NCBI GenBank assembly: GCA_934085675.1
Contig: CAKOHH010000005.1
Location: forward strand, 899-64,898
Reading direction: 5' to 3'
From: an uncultured Bacilli bacterium
GTDB lineage: Bacteria > Bacillota_I > Bacilli_A > RF39 > UBA660
DNA: 64,000 bases
Part shown: positions 18,490 to 28,439 of the stretch, one piece after another
Layout: every line of letters begins with the position of its first letter
Numbering within the stretch: the first letter of the stretch is position 1
Program-made: the position numbers and the translations under genes
Notes under the pieces: model-generated
The model's input: the letters and a program-made list of their open reading frames with translations, nothing else
Database searches by the model: none
Told to the model about the DNA's origin: nothing

Positions 18490-19118
18490 CGTCTTTTTTA
18501 AAAGAAGATAATTTTACGGTTTTTGTAAATTTCAAATCGCATTTTCGTAATGCCAAATCATCTTTAGAACAAGGTTTTATTTTAGATAATAAAGTGACGT
18601 CTTTGATAAGTGTAGAAGAGTATTTAAAAAATAATACCTGTGCTTCAAGTGATAAAATTATTAAGCTTTTTAAACTTGTGAAACTAAAAGAGAGTATTTT
18701 AACTGAATCTTTAAAATATTTGACTCCTTTAGAATTAAAAAAAGTTTATTTAGCAGAAGTTTTGCTTTTAAAATCAAAAATCATTATATGTGAATATTTT
18801 TTTAGAGATATGATTAATGAAGAGAAAGATTATTTTAGAAGACTTTTACGTAACTTAATATATAAACAAAAAATAAAAATCATTTTAATTGAAAATGACA
18901 TAAACTTTATATGTGAAACAGTAAAAGAATTCTATTTGTTTACAAAAAACGAGAAATGCAAATTAATCACAGATTTTTATAACGAAGAAATTTATAAGTA
19001 TGTGCCAATGCCATATACTGTAGAAATTATTAAATATTTAGAAGAATGTGGCTATGAAATTGACCATGAAATAACGTTCAATGAAACTTTAAAAGCCATA
19101 TATCGAGGTGTAGCATGA
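18474..19118 (+). CDS. Degenerate EcfA-like ABC ATPase paralogue (no Walker A)
   Basis: LTPLELKKVYLAEVLL in place of the LSGGQ...RVAIA segment, IIICEYF in place of Walker B. EcfA-type tail (PMPYTVEIIKYLEECGY). Overlaps both neighbouring genes. Confidence 0.5.
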   Translation: MAINLTSFLKEDNFTVFVNFKSHFRNAKSSLEQGFILDNKVTSLISVEEYLKNNTCASSDKIIKLFKLVKLKESILTESLKYLTPLELKKVYLAEVLLLKSKIIICEYFFRDMINEEKDYFRRLLRNLIYKQKIKIILIENDINFICETVKEFYLFTKNEKCKLITDFYNEEIYKYVPMPYTVEIIKYLEECGYEIDHEITFNETLKAIYRGVA

Positions 19119-19837
19119 AATATTTAGCCATAATAAAATATGATGGAAGTAAATTTGAGGGTTTTCAAAGGCTTAATAATGGTAAAGGAGTGCAAAATGA
19201 AATAGAAAATGTTCTTTCTATAATTGCCAAACGAAAAGTAGATATAAAAGGGGCTGGGCGAACAGACCGAAAAGTTCATGCTTTAGGTCAAGCTATTTCT
19301 TTTGATTTAGATATGGATATTACTTTATCTAAATTAAAGTATGTTATGAATAGGTTATTAAATCCCTATGTATCTGTGTTACATATTCAAAATGTGGATG
19401 ATACTTTTCATGCTCGTTACAGTGCCAAAGAAAAAACTTATGTATATAAAGCCTATTATGGTGAAAAAGATCCCTTTTTAAGCGATTATGTCACTTATAT
19501 TTATCAAAAGCCAAATTTACTAAAAATGAAAAAAGCAGCTAAATTATTTTTAGGTACACATTCATTTAATAACTATGTCAGTGGTTTTAGGGATAATTAC
19601 GAAACAACTATTTACGATATTAAAATAAAAAAACAAGGAAATTATTATTATTTTACATTACGTGGAACAGGTTTTTATCGTTATATGGTAAGACATATTG
19701 TTGGGGCTTTATTAGAAGTTGGTTTTAATAAAATATCTTTTGAAGACATCTCTTTTTCACTTTCTAATCCAACACAGAAAGTTCAATTTATGGTAGCAGA
19801 GCCACAAGGGCTGTATTTAAAAGAAGTAAAATATTAA
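19115..19837 (+). CDS. truA: tRNA pseudouridine38-40 synthase
   Basis: YDGSKFEGFQ start, catalytic GAGRTDRKVHALGQ motif. Confidence 0.95.
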   Translation: MKYLAIIKYDGSKFEGFQRLNNGKGVQNEIENVLSIIAKRKVDIKGAGRTDRKVHALGQAISFDLDMDITLSKLKYVMNRLLNPYVSVLHIQNVDDTFHARYSAKEKTYVYKAYYGEKDPFLSDYVTYIYQKPNLLKMKKAAKLFLGTHSFNNYVSGFRDNYETTIYDIKIKKQGNYYYFTLRGTGFYRYMVRHIVGALLEVGFNKISFEDISFSLSNPTQKVQFMVAEPQGLYLKEVKY

Positions 19838-19885
19838 AAATTAACAAGAAAAATGTTAACTATTGATATTATTCGCTTTTTTTGT

Positions 19886-19914
19886 TTGACAATAACCATT
19901 TAATCGCATATAAT
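19886..19914 (+). promoter_or_regulatory. Consensus sigma-A promoter of rplM-rpsI (about 85-nt leader follows)
   Basis: TTGACA, exactly 17 nt, then TATAAT. All read directly. Confidence 0.75.
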
Positions 19915-20000
19915 TTTAATCGGTACATTTTATTTTATCTTTAAGAAGTTTGCCGTGGGAAAGTGGATTTTGAGAAGATTAGATGAAAGGAAAGAATATT

Positions 20001-20432
20001 ATGAGTACATTTTTACAAAAAAAAGAAAATGTTGACCGTAAATGGTATGTAATTGATGCCGAAGGAAAAACATTAGGTCGCGTAGCTAGTAAAGCTGCTA
20101 CAATTTTAAGAGGTAAACATAAACCTACTTATACACCAAGCGTTGACTGTGGAGATTATGTTATTATCGTTAATGCATCTAAAGTTCGTTTAACTGGAAA
20201 CAAGTTAGAAGACAAAATGTATTATAACCATTCTGGATTTCCAGGAGGCTTAAGAGAACGTAATGCTCGTACAATGCTTCAAAATTATCCTGAAGAAATG
20301 ATGGAACGTGCTGTTAAAGGAATGCTTCCTCATGGACGCTTAGGAAGACAAATGGGTAAAAAGTTATTTGTTTATCGCAATGAAAATCATAAACAAACAG
20401 CTCAAAAACCAGAAGAATTGAAAGTAGATTAA
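20001..20432 (+). CDS. rplM: 50S ribosomal protein L13
   Basis: [19 protein letters not shown] canonical N-terminus. ATG 20001 is preceded by AAAGGAAAG; the ORF track starts at 19983. Confidence 0.97.
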   Translation: MSTFLQKKENVDRKWYVIDAEGKTLGRVASKAATILRGKHKPTYTPSVDCGDYVIIVNASKVRLTGNKLEDKMYYNHSGFPGGLRERNARTMLQNYPEEMMERAVKGMLPHGRLGRQMGKKLFVYRNENHKQTAQKPEELKVD

Positions 20433-20444
20433 GGAGGATAATTT

Positions 20445-20861
20445 ATGGCTAAACAAACATGGAGTGCTATTGGTAGAAGAAAACGTGCAACTGCACAAGT
20501 AACTTTAACAAGTGGTACAGGAAATATTACAATTAATGGTGTAGATGTTAATGAATATATGCCTGATAAAATTTTAGTTTTAGACTTAAAACAACCTTTA
20601 ACATTAACAAATAACGAAAATCGTTTTGATATCGAAGTTAATGTAAAAGGTGGAGGATACGCTGGACAAGCTGGTGCTATTCGTTTAGGTATTACAAGAG
20701 CTCTATTAAAATTTGATGCTAACACTGATCAAACTGCAGATACTGCTTATCGTAAAATCTTAAAACCAGCTGGTATGATTACAAGAGACCCAAGAGTTAA
20801 AGAACGTAAAAAATATGGTCTTAAAAAAGCTCGTCGTGCTCCTCAATTCTCAAAACGTTAA
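20445..20861 (+). CDS. rpsI: 30S ribosomal protein S9
   Basis: GRRKRATAQV...GGGYAGQAGAIRLGITRAL...KKARRAPQFSKR. Confidence 0.97.
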   Translation: MAKQTWSAIGRRKRATAQVTLTSGTGNITINGVDVNEYMPDKILVLDLKQPLTLTNNENRFDIEVNVKGGGYAGQAGAIRLGITRALLKFDANTDQTADTAYRKILKPAGMITRDPRVKERKKYGLKKARRAPQFSKR

Positions 20862-20885
20862 TATTTTCTTTTTAAAAATGTCAAA

Positions 20886-20910
20886 AAGCTCACAAATGTG
20901 GGCTTTTTTT
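20886..20910 (+). terminator. Rho-independent terminator after rpsI
   Basis: AGCTCACA/TGTGGGCT stem followed by a T7 tract. Confidence 0.8.
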
Positions 20911-20934
20911 GTAGTTATAAACGTAAAATAAAGT

Positions 20935-21567
20935 ATGAAAAAGAATTATATTTGTTTATTTTTGTTTTTATTATTTTTTTGCTTTTTTAATGTTGCTTTT
21001 GCTTCAGAAAAGCAGTTGCAAAACATTGTTATTTTAGATCCAGGTCATGGTGGAGTTGATCCTGGAACAGTGATAGATGACATTAAAGAAAAAGATATTA
21101 ATTTGAAGATTGCTCTTAAAGTAAAAGAAAAATTAGAGCATAAAAATATAACAGTTTTACTTACAAGGGACGGAGATTATGATTTAGCAAGCCCGGAAGT
21201 TAATAGACGTAAAAAAAGTGATTTTGATCATCGTATTCGTAGAATAAATGAAAGTGGCGCTAATTATTATATTTCTATCCATTTAAACTATTTAGAAAAT
21301 AAAAGTTATTTTGGACCACAAGTGTTTTACACAAAAGAAAACAAAGATTTAGCTATTCAAATGCAAAATGACTTTAATAAAACCCTTAATGTAAACCGAG
21401 AGGCCAAAAAAATTCCAAATACCATTTATATGTATTCAAAACTAAAAGTTCCTGGTGTTTTAATAGAATGTGGTTTCTTATCTAATTATGAGGAAAGAAA
21501 AAAATTATTAGATGATAACTACATAGATAATTTAGCTAGTATCATTGCTAATAATCTTAAATTTTAG
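20935..21567 (+). CDS. cwlD: Germination-specific N-acetylmuramoyl-L-alanine amidase CwlD (Amidase_3)
   Basis: Signal/TM segment, then DPGHGGVDPG and ISIHLN Amidase_3 motifs. About 210 aa. Lies downstream of rpsI as in Bacillus. Confidence 0.8.
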   Translation: MKKNYICLFLFLLFFCFFNVAFASEKQLQNIVILDPGHGGVDPGTVIDDIKEKDINLKIALKVKEKLEHKNITVLLTRDGDYDLASPEVNRRKKSDFDHRIRRINESGANYYISIHLNYLENKSYFGPQVFYTKENKDLAIQMQNDFNKTLNVNREAKKIPNTIYMYSKLKVPGVLIECGFLSNYEERKKLLDDNYIDNLASIIANNLKF

Positions 21568-22522
21568 AGTAAATAAGCGGCTTATTGTCATGCCAAGAAA
21601 TACCAGATAAGTAAGAATAATCTTTTAAAATGTTCATAACTTCATTTAAGGAAACTTTATTGGCAAAATAGTTATCAATAATTTTAATGGCGTTTAATGC
21701 ATTATCAAGTGCTTCTTCATATAAGTCATTAAAAGATTGGTTACTTTCTTTACCACTCCAAGGATTCAACCATAAATCATGTTTTTCATTTAAATAATTA
21801 CGATTTATTTCTGTGACATGAAAACTTAAATATTCATAACGACGTTTACTAAGGAAAGTAATGTTGTCCCTTAATCGATAAAGTTTTTTCTTGATTCCCA
21901 TTTTATCCGTGACAAAATTTTTGAGAATGAAGTTCCCATTTTGAACCGACTTTTCATAAATAGTCCCCATATTTTTAACATTAAATGTTTGCAAATAAAC
22001 ATTATCCATTATACTTTTAAGTTCTTTAGAAAATTTTATTTTGGGTAAAAGAATATTAGCTAACTGTTCATCTTTTAAGGCTTTATTCTCCCTTTTTTTG
22101 AGCATGTAGGCATCTAGATTTACTTCCATTTTTGCGTGTAATCCTCGATGTTTCAAATTCAAATTAACATCGTTTGTATAATAGAAAACAAAGGGGTGAC
22201 AATGATAATCCAAGATGTAATGGGTGACACTACCATAAAGAAAGGCTAAAAGTTCGGCATTATTTTCTAAATGCTTTTTCTTGATATTTTCTATAATTTT
22301 TTTAAAATAAATATCTGTTTTTACTTTTTGAGCGTCTATCCCTAATTGTCTTATTTTTTGACCAGTAATAGGAAATAAAAAATGATAATAAAATAAATTA
22401 TCAAAACTTTGCGCAAATATTAAGTAGGTTTCGATGTTTTTGTTGACCGTTTCTTTTATAGAATGGGGTAGACTTTCTAAAATATCTTTGGCAAATAAAT
22501 GATGGGTAACAATTGAGGGCAT
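21557..22522 (-). CDS. Zinc-dependent phospholipase C-like family protein
   Basis: MPSIVTHHLF start and HYILDYHCHPFV His cluster typical of this family. Convergent 11-nt overlap with cwlD. Confidence 0.55.
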   Translation of the reverse strand: MPSIVTHHLFAKDILESLPHSIKETVNKNIETYLIFAQSFDNLFYYHFLFPITGQKIRQLGIDAQKVKTDIYFKKIIENIKKKHLENNAELLAFLYGSVTHYILDYHCHPFVFYYTNDVNLNLKHRGLHAKMEVNLDAYMLKKRENKALKDEQLANILLPKIKFSKELKSIMDNVYLQTFNVKNMGTIYEKSVQNGNFILKNFVTDKMGIKKKLYRLRDNITFLSKRRYEYLSFHVTEINRNYLNEKHDLWLNPWSGKESNQSFNDLYEEALDNALNAIKIIDNYFANKVSLNEVMNILKDYSYLSGISWHDNKPLIYSKI

Positions 22523-22589
22523 AACAAGCTCCTTTCTTAAAAAATATTATAAAACAATTTCACCTTTTTTTCACAAAATCATAACAAAG

Positions 22590-22618
22590 TTGACATGAAA
22601 ACTTTTTACAATTAATAT
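22590..22618 (+). promoter_or_regulatory. Sigma-A-type promoter upstream of the Abi gene
   Basis: TTGACA, 17 nt, TAATAT. A second extended -10 TGaTATAAT lies at about 22627-22635. Confidence 0.55.
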
Positions 22619-22656
22619 GTACTTTGTGATATAATGTTTGCAGAATATGGGGCGAT

Positions 22657-23586
22657 GTGATGCAAAAAACATTCAAAACTCTTGAAGAACAAGTCAGCAT
22701 TATGCAAGGTAAAGGGCTTATTATTACGAATACAAAAGAAGCCGAAGATATTTTACTTCGTGAAAATTATTTTTTCTTTAATGGTTATCGAATGCTTTTT
22801 ATGGAAAGTGCCAGCAATAAAAAATTTATTGAGGGAACAACCTTTGAAGAAGTATATGCGATGTTCCAATTTGATAGACACATGCGTAATATTATTTTTA
22901 AAAACTTACTAATTATTGAAAATAATATTAAAAGTATAACATCTTATAATATGTCAAAACATTATGGTATTCGTGAGGAAGATTATTTAAATCCTAAAAA
23001 TTTTGTTTCTGATAAAAAAAGAAGAAAACAAGTAGATGATTTACTAAGAAAAATGAAAAGACAAATTAGAATTAATGGTGGTCAACATCAGGCTACCATG
23101 CATTATATTGATAAATATGGCTATATTCCTTTTTGGATTGTGGTTAAAATCTTGTCTTTTGGAATTGTTAGTGAATTATATCAAATCTTAAAGCCTGAAA
23201 ATCAAGCCGAAATAGCTAAAGATTTTGATGTCAGTGTTGAACAGCTTATTGTTTATTTACCAATTTTAGCTAATTTTCGGAATCTGTGTGCTCATGAAGA
23301 TATCTTGTATGATCATAGAGCTCAACGTGACATTGAAGATACAATTTATCATGAACAACTACATATTCCTAAATTAAATGGGGAATATATATATGGAAAA
23401 AGTGATTTATTTGCTATTGTTTTAATTTTAAAACAAATGCTTCGTAAGGATGATTTTTTCTTACTAATGAGTGAAATGGAATATGAAATTCAAATTTTAG
23501 CAGATAAATTAAAAACAATCTCTATCGAAAAAGTATTAGATAGAATGGGATTTCCAATCAATTATCAACAACTAATTAAATTATGA
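22657..23586 (+). CDS. Abi_2 (AbiD/AbiF-like) abortive-infection family protein
   Basis: Family pattern: LEEQVSIMQGKGLII, YFFFNGY, FEEVYAMFQFDRHMRN, IPFWIVVKILSFG, LANFRNLCAHED. Confidence 0.8.
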   Translation: MMQKTFKTLEEQVSIMQGKGLIITNTKEAEDILLRENYFFFNGYRMLFMESASNKKFIEGTTFEEVYAMFQFDRHMRNIIFKNLLIIENNIKSITSYNMSKHYGIREEDYLNPKNFVSDKKRRKQVDDLLRKMKRQIRINGGQHQATMHYIDKYGYIPFWIVVKILSFGIVSELYQILKPENQAEIAKDFDVSVEQLIVYLPILANFRNLCAHEDILYDHRAQRDIEDTIYHEQLHIPKLNGEYIYGKSDLFAIVLILKQMLRKDDFFLLMSEMEYEIQILADKLKTISIEKVLDRMGFPINYQQLIKL

Positions 23587-23604
23587 AAGGAATGTTAAAC
23601 TAAA

Positions 23605-24744
23605 ATGAAAAAAGAAAAAGTTGTTACTGCCAAAACATCAAATTCTATAGGACGTTATTTGATACTTTCAGTTATTATGCTTTTTATAGGAGCTGGAGGA
23701 TTATATTTACTTATTTATTTTTTCCCAGAACCATTTGTTAAAACGATAACTGAGGAAGTCGTTAATAAAAATGTGACTGTGACAGATACTGGTATTGCTG
23801 ATGCGGTTGACAAAGTTTATGATGCTGTTGTTGTTGTAAAAACTTACATTAATAAAGAATTATACGCGACAGGGACTGGTTTTGTATACAAAAAAGAAGG
23901 TAATAAAACCTATATTTTAACCAATAACCATGTTATTGATAGTGGAGACGCAGTTTATGCCGTTTTCACTGATGGCTCTATTGTTGAGACTAAAATAGAA
24001 GGCAAAGATTCTTACTCAGATACTGCTGTTTTATCCATTGATTCATCAAAGGCTTTAGCAATAGCAACGATGGGTAGCAGTGAAAATTCAAGACTTGGCG
24101 ATACAGTCTTTACAGTCGGCGCTCCAATTAATGCTGATACTTATTCGGGAACCGTTACAAGAGGTATCTTATCGGGAAAAAATAGACTTGTCAGTGTTTC
24201 TTCATCTAATAGTTCTCGTGCAGATATGATGATGAGTGTTTTACAAACAGACGCGGCTATTAACTCTGGAAACTCAGGTGGACCATTATTAAATGCTAAT
24301 GGTGAGGTTATTGGAATGAATTCTTTAAAATTATCTTCAGGAAGTTCAACATCTACTGCTACTATTGAGGGAATGGGTTTTGCTATTCCAATTGAAACTG
24401 CTTTAAAATACGCTACTAAACTAGAAAAAGGTGAAACGATTGAACGTCCATCTCTAGGAGTATCTATGTTAAACGTCAGTGACTTTAACTATCCTACATT
24501 AAGTAGTCTAGGTGTTTCAAGTGGTGTTTACATTCAAACGGTTGTCGCTTCTTCTCCGGCTGAAAAAGGTGGTATCAAAAATGGTGATATTATCGTTGCA
24601 GCGGATGACAAAGAAGTTACTAACTTGGCCTATTTAAGATATTTACTTTATAACCACACAGTGGGTGATACGATGAAAATTAAAGTTTATCGTAAAGGAG
24701 AATATAAAGAATTAACAATTACTCTAGACCAAAAAGCAAGTTAA
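23605..24744 (+). CDS. htrA: HtrA/DegP-family serine protease with PDZ domain
   Basis: N-terminal TM, catalytic TNNHV...D...GNSGGPL triad, C-terminal PDZ (GDIIVAADDKEV). Confidence 0.9.
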   Translation: MKKEKVVTAKTSNSIGRYLILSVIMLFIGAGGLYLLIYFFPEPFVKTITEEVVNKNVTVTDTGIADAVDKVYDAVVVVKTYINKELYATGTGFVYKKEGNKTYILTNNHVIDSGDAVYAVFTDGSIVETKIEGKDSYSDTAVLSIDSSKALAIATMGSSENSRLGDTVFTVGAPINADTYSGTVTRGILSGKNRLVSVSSSNSSRADMMMSVLQTDAAINSGNSGGPLLNANGEVIGMNSLKLSSGSSTSTATIEGMGFAIPIETALKYATKLEKGETIERPSLGVSMLNVSDFNYPTLSSLGVSSGVYIQTVVASSPAEKGGIKNGDIIVAADDKEVTNLAYLRYLLYNHTVGDTMKIKVYRKGEYKELTITLDQKAS

Positions 24745-24768
24745 TTTAAATAAAAAAGGAAGTTGCAA

Positions 24769-26142
24769 TTATGCAGCTTCTTTTTCTAAATAATTTTTAA
24801 ATCCATTAGCGATACCATTCGCGTAGCCATCTTTATTGTTTAAAATATTTTGTAAATCTTCTAAATTGTCTAAATAACCTAATTCTATTAAATAAGATTC
24901 TGCAGTTTTATTCGCATTATAATAAGGGTTTTTAGGATAATAGTAAGGGCCAACATTTTCGTATCTACCATCATTAGAAGCATGAGTAGAAATGCCACCA
25001 ACTTCTCTTAAATTATAATAATAAGGTGTGTCTGTCGTTTTATTACTTGGTTGAACATCATCTTCTAAAATTTCTTTTTCTGTAAATAATCTTTGATAAA
25101 TGCCTTCGTCTACTTTGTTGGTGTATTTATAAGAAGGAGACGCATTCGCATCTTTAATAAGACTATCAACAATCGAAGTAGCTAAGGAAAGTTTGGTGTC
25201 ATTAGCAATGTAAACTTCAATTCCTTTTGCACTTGTTTGATTTCCTCCTGCCCCAGTGGAATTATGATGAATAGCAATATTATATTTTGAAGAAGTATCA
25301 TTTGCCATCGTGGCACTGCCCATTGTCTCATAAATATTTACCAAATCATTTTTTGTTTCTCTTGTCATACTTACCTTATAACCTAGAGCGGTTAATTTAT
25401 CTTTCAAGGCTAAAGATACATCTAAATTGAAATCACTTTCCTTATATAAAGTCATATTATAAGGACAATAATCTCCATAAGGATTTGTAATAATATTATT
25501 TTTAAAACATATTGTCATGCCAGGATCACTCGCATCATGTCCTGGGTCAATCGTGAAATCATAAACATCATCTGGTAAAGTTGTCTCAGTAATCTCAAAC
25601 CTTAAAGTAGGTAGTTCTTCGTAAGTATTCCATTCAATTTTTATTTTGTTGTTTTTGGCATTTTTAGTTAAAGTATAATAAGTAAGATTATCGTAGTCTG
25701 TATCATTTAAAACCGAATAATATTTGTCACCATTTTCTTCATCTTTTGTTTTGATAAGAAGATAATAAGTATCATTTGGTATATTTTCTAAATATAGTCC
25801 ATCGTTAATATAGTTGCTTAAGTAAAAAGAGTAGCCAGAATCATCTTTATCAAAAGTAGCTTTTAAATCTTTTTCTTCCTTGTCACTTTTTAAAATAAGT
25901 TTAATATCATTAACGTTTTCTTCTATAGTAATATTACCTGCAATATTCATATGTGTCCCGTAAATTACATATTTATTAATATTAGCATAAGTGCCAACTT
26001 GGACGTTTTCTAAAAACGAAGCAATTTTTTTTCTTGTCAAAATTTTATAACCGCAAAATAAACCAAAAATCAAAATAGCCACGATAATAAGAGGAATAAT
26101 GACTTTTAAATTTTTCCTTTGGTTCCTGTTTATTTTTTTCAT
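24769..26142 (-). CDS. Membrane-anchored N-acetylmuramoyl-L-alanine amidase (Amidase_3) with uncharacterised N-terminal beta-rich domain
   Basis: TM near the N-terminus, DPGHDASDPG and AIHHNS Amidase_3 motifs in the C-terminal half. Confidence 0.75.
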   Translation of the reverse strand: MKKINRNQRKNLKVIIPLIIVAILIFGLFCGYKILTRKKIASFLENVQVGTYANINKYVIYGTHMNIAGNITIEENVNDIKLILKSDKEEKDLKATFDKDDSGYSFYLSNYINDGLYLENIPNDTYYLLIKTKDEENGDKYYSVLNDTDYDNLTYYTLTKNAKNNKIKIEWNTYEELPTLRFEITETTLPDDVYDFTIDPGHDASDPGMTICFKNNIITNPYGDYCPYNMTLYKESDFNLDVSLALKDKLTALGYKVSMTRETKNDLVNIYETMGSATMANDTSSKYNIAIHHNSTGAGGNQTSAKGIEVYIANDTKLSLATSIVDSLIKDANASPSYKYTNKVDEGIYQRLFTEKEILEDDVQPSNKTTDTPYYYNLREVGGISTHASNDGRYENVGPYYYPKNPYYNANKTAESYLIELGYLDNLEDLQNILNNKDGYANGIANGFKNYLEKEAA

Positions 26143-26204
26143 AAATCCTACTTTCTATGGTAAAATTATAGCAAAGTTTATGAAAGAACTCAATATTAGA
26201 AAAG

Positions 26205-27278
26205 GTGGGAAAATCTTTGAAAACAGTTTTTGATTATATTGAATTTTATGGCGATATTTCCTTTTTAGATTATGAATTTAATGATGTTGATGCCCTTGTT
26301 TTTGCCTTATTAAGTTATGTGAAATTAGAAGGAATTGTTCCTAAAGAAAAAGGAAAAAGCATAACGATTAAAGAGGCCAGTACTAAATTTTTAGATAAAT
26401 ATAGTGAAAAAGATTTTAAAAAAGAAGATTGGTTGTTTCCTAATTCCTATAAATTAATGCTCATGCTACAAATCGCTAAAAGATATCAAAATATTAGACT
26501 TTCTCATTTGGTACTAGAGGCTAATGAATTTTCTCAATTCGGAGCTTTAACGATTAGAACACCTTTTGTGACTTACATTTCTTTTGAAGGAACGGATAGT
26601 CATGTCGTTGGTTGGAAAGAAGATTTTGAATTAATTTATAAATTCCCGGTGGAGGCTCAGTTAAGAGCTAAGCGCTATTTAGAGGAAACACTTAATTTTT
26701 TTGACCGTAATGTCTATGTTGGTGGACATAGCAAAGGTGGAAATTTGGCCATGTATGCTTATATGTATGCGAAAGAAGCGGTTAAAAAGAAAATCAAAAA
26801 AGTATGTAATTTTGATGGACCTGGTTTTTTAAAAGAGGTTGTAAATTCTTCTTTATATGAAGAAATGCAAAACAAGCTTTTAATGGTTGTTCCAGAAGAA
26901 AGTGTTGTTGGTATGATTTTGGAACATAAAAATTATATGGTTGTCAAAAGTAATGCTAAAAATATTATGCAGCATAATGGATATAGTTGGGAATGTTTTG
27001 GAGGCTTCTTAGTACCGGCTACTTTATCTAAAAAAAGTAAAAAATTAGAGAGCAACTTACAAGAATATTTAGATGGTATGAGTATGGAGGAAAAGAAAAA
27101 TTTTGTTCTTACTTTTTTTGCTATTTTTGAAAAAATGAACATTCAAAATGTTTTGGAATTAAAAGAACTTAAATTAGCTATGCTTCTTAAAATAATGAAA
27201 GAACTTACGAATATTCCAAGTAGTACTAAAAGAAACTTGGTGGCAATTTTAAGAATGTTAATAACTGGTATGAATTAA
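26205..27278 (+). CDS. Mbeg1-like/DUF2974 alpha-beta hydrolase-like protein
   Basis: GGHSKGGNLAMYA nucleophile-elbow-like motif and family-typical N-terminus (YIEFYGDISF...DALVFALLSY). TTG 26217 may be the true start. Confidence 0.6.
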   Translation: MGKSLKTVFDYIEFYGDISFLDYEFNDVDALVFALLSYVKLEGIVPKEKGKSITIKEASTKFLDKYSEKDFKKEDWLFPNSYKLMLMLQIAKRYQNIRLSHLVLEANEFSQFGALTIRTPFVTYISFEGTDSHVVGWKEDFELIYKFPVEAQLRAKRYLEETLNFFDRNVYVGGHSKGGNLAMYAYMYAKEAVKKKIKKVCNFDGPGFLKEVVNSSLYEEMQNKLLMVVPEESVVGMILEHKNYMVVKSNAKNIMQHNGYSWECFGGFLVPATLSKKSKKLESNLQEYLDGMSMEEKKNFVLTFFAIFEKMNIQNVLELKELKLAMLLKIMKELTNIPSSTKRNLVAILRMLITGMN

Positions 27279-27643
27279 GTATAAGTGGCATTTTATATGT
27301 TTGGCAGGGATGTAAAAGAATATATTTAAATACTTTTCTTTGAAGAAAATTGCATAAAATACATTTAGTTTTGTTGATAGTAAATATTGATTTCATAAAG
27401 CAAGGATGAATTTGTATAATTGATTGCAAAATGAGACCCTAATCTATAGAATCTAATTTTCTTTTTAGAAAATTTAAAAAGCTATTTCTTAAAAGTGTGA
27501 TACTTTTCTTTCTAAGGCTTTAAAATCGCAAAAATTTGTTATTTACATTCCCAAAATATAATGCTACAATAACTTACGAGTAAGCGATTACTCCTTGCTT
27601 TTTTTTAGTGAAAAAGCCATTAGACCATAAGGAGGTGTAGAAA

Positions 27644-27934
27644 ATGAACAAATATGAAATCATGTTTATTGTTAAATCTACTATGGAAAGCGCAGATGTT
27701 AAAAAATGTGCTGAAACTTTTAAAAAACTTGTAGAATCTTTAAAAGGAAAAGTAGTAGAATACAAAGAACTTGGTAGCAAAAAACTTGCTTATCCTATTA
27801 ATAAAGAATTAAACGGATATTATTTTGTTATGCAAGTTGAAGCTGACAAAGATATCATTAATGAATTTGACCGTAAAATTCGTTTAGATGAAAATGTTTT
27901 AAGACATTTAATTATTCGTTTAGATGAGGAGTAA
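27644..27934 (+). CDS. rpsF: 30S ribosomal protein S6
   Basis: MNKYEIMFIV start. rpsF-ssb-rpsR operon. Confidence 0.95.
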   Translation: MNKYEIMFIVKSTMESADVKKCAETFKKLVESLKGKVVEYKELGSKKLAYPINKELNGYYFVMQVEADKDIINEFDRKIRLDENVLRHLIIRLDEE

Positions 27935-27939
27935 GAGAT

Positions 27940-28422
27940 ATGAATAAGGTTATTTTAATTGGAAGACTTGCTAGAGATCCTGAGATGAGAACAACAAGTT
28001 CAGGTGTTTCTGTCACTAGATTTACAGTTGCTGTTACAAGACAATTTACAGGACAAGGAACACAACCACAAACTGATTTTATTAGTTGTATTGCATGGCG
28101 TAGACAAGCTGAAAATATTGCCAAATATTGTACTAAAGGCTCTCAAGTTGCTGTTGATGGAAGAATCCAAACAGGTAGCTATGATGGTCAAGATGGCCAA
28201 AGACATTATACAACAGACATTGTTGCGGATAATGTTACTTTTTTAGGCAGTCGTAATACTGGTGATACTTCATCAAGCTATGGCCAATCTAATGCAAGTT
28301 ATCAAGATGAAATGCCTTCATATAATGAACCTCAAGGAATGCCATCAAACGATGTAAGCACAGATCCATTTAAAGATTTTGGAGAAGAAGTAGCTTTGTC
28401 TGATGATGACTTACCATTCTAG
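27940..28422 (+). CDS. ssb: Single-stranded DNA-binding protein
   Basis: [17 protein letters not shown] fold, Gln/Ser-rich linker, acidic tail DDDLPF. Confidence 0.97.
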   Translation: MNKVILIGRLARDPEMRTTSSGVSVTRFTVAVTRQFTGQGTQPQTDFISCIAWRRQAENIAKYCTKGSQVAVDGRIQTGSYDGQDGQRHYTTDIVADNVTFLGSRNTGDTSSSYGQSNASYQDEMPSYNEPQGMPSNDVSTDPFKDFGEEVALSDDDLPF

Positions 28423-28439
28423 GAAAGGAGAGTTTATTT

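Noticed and set aside
19915-20000. L13 ribosomal-protein leader RNA upstream of rplM.
   Set aside because: The position and an 85-nt leader after a consensus promoter fit. However, I cannot verify the conserved secondary structure by eye, so it is left uncalled pending an Rfam scan.
20429-20725. Minus-strand 98-aa ORF across rpsI. Comparable ORFs are 27912-28206 on ssb, 29713-29994 on dnaB, and 54900-55100 and 56070-56270 on copA.
   Set aside because: They are antisense to highly conserved genes and have no independent evidence.
27455-27474. AATTTTCT-tttt-AGAAAATT inverted repeat resembling a CodY box.
   Set aside because: The CodY consensus AATTTTCWGAAAATT has a single central base, whereas this repeat has four extra T. 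AT-only palindromes of this size are common by chance in DNA this AT-rich.
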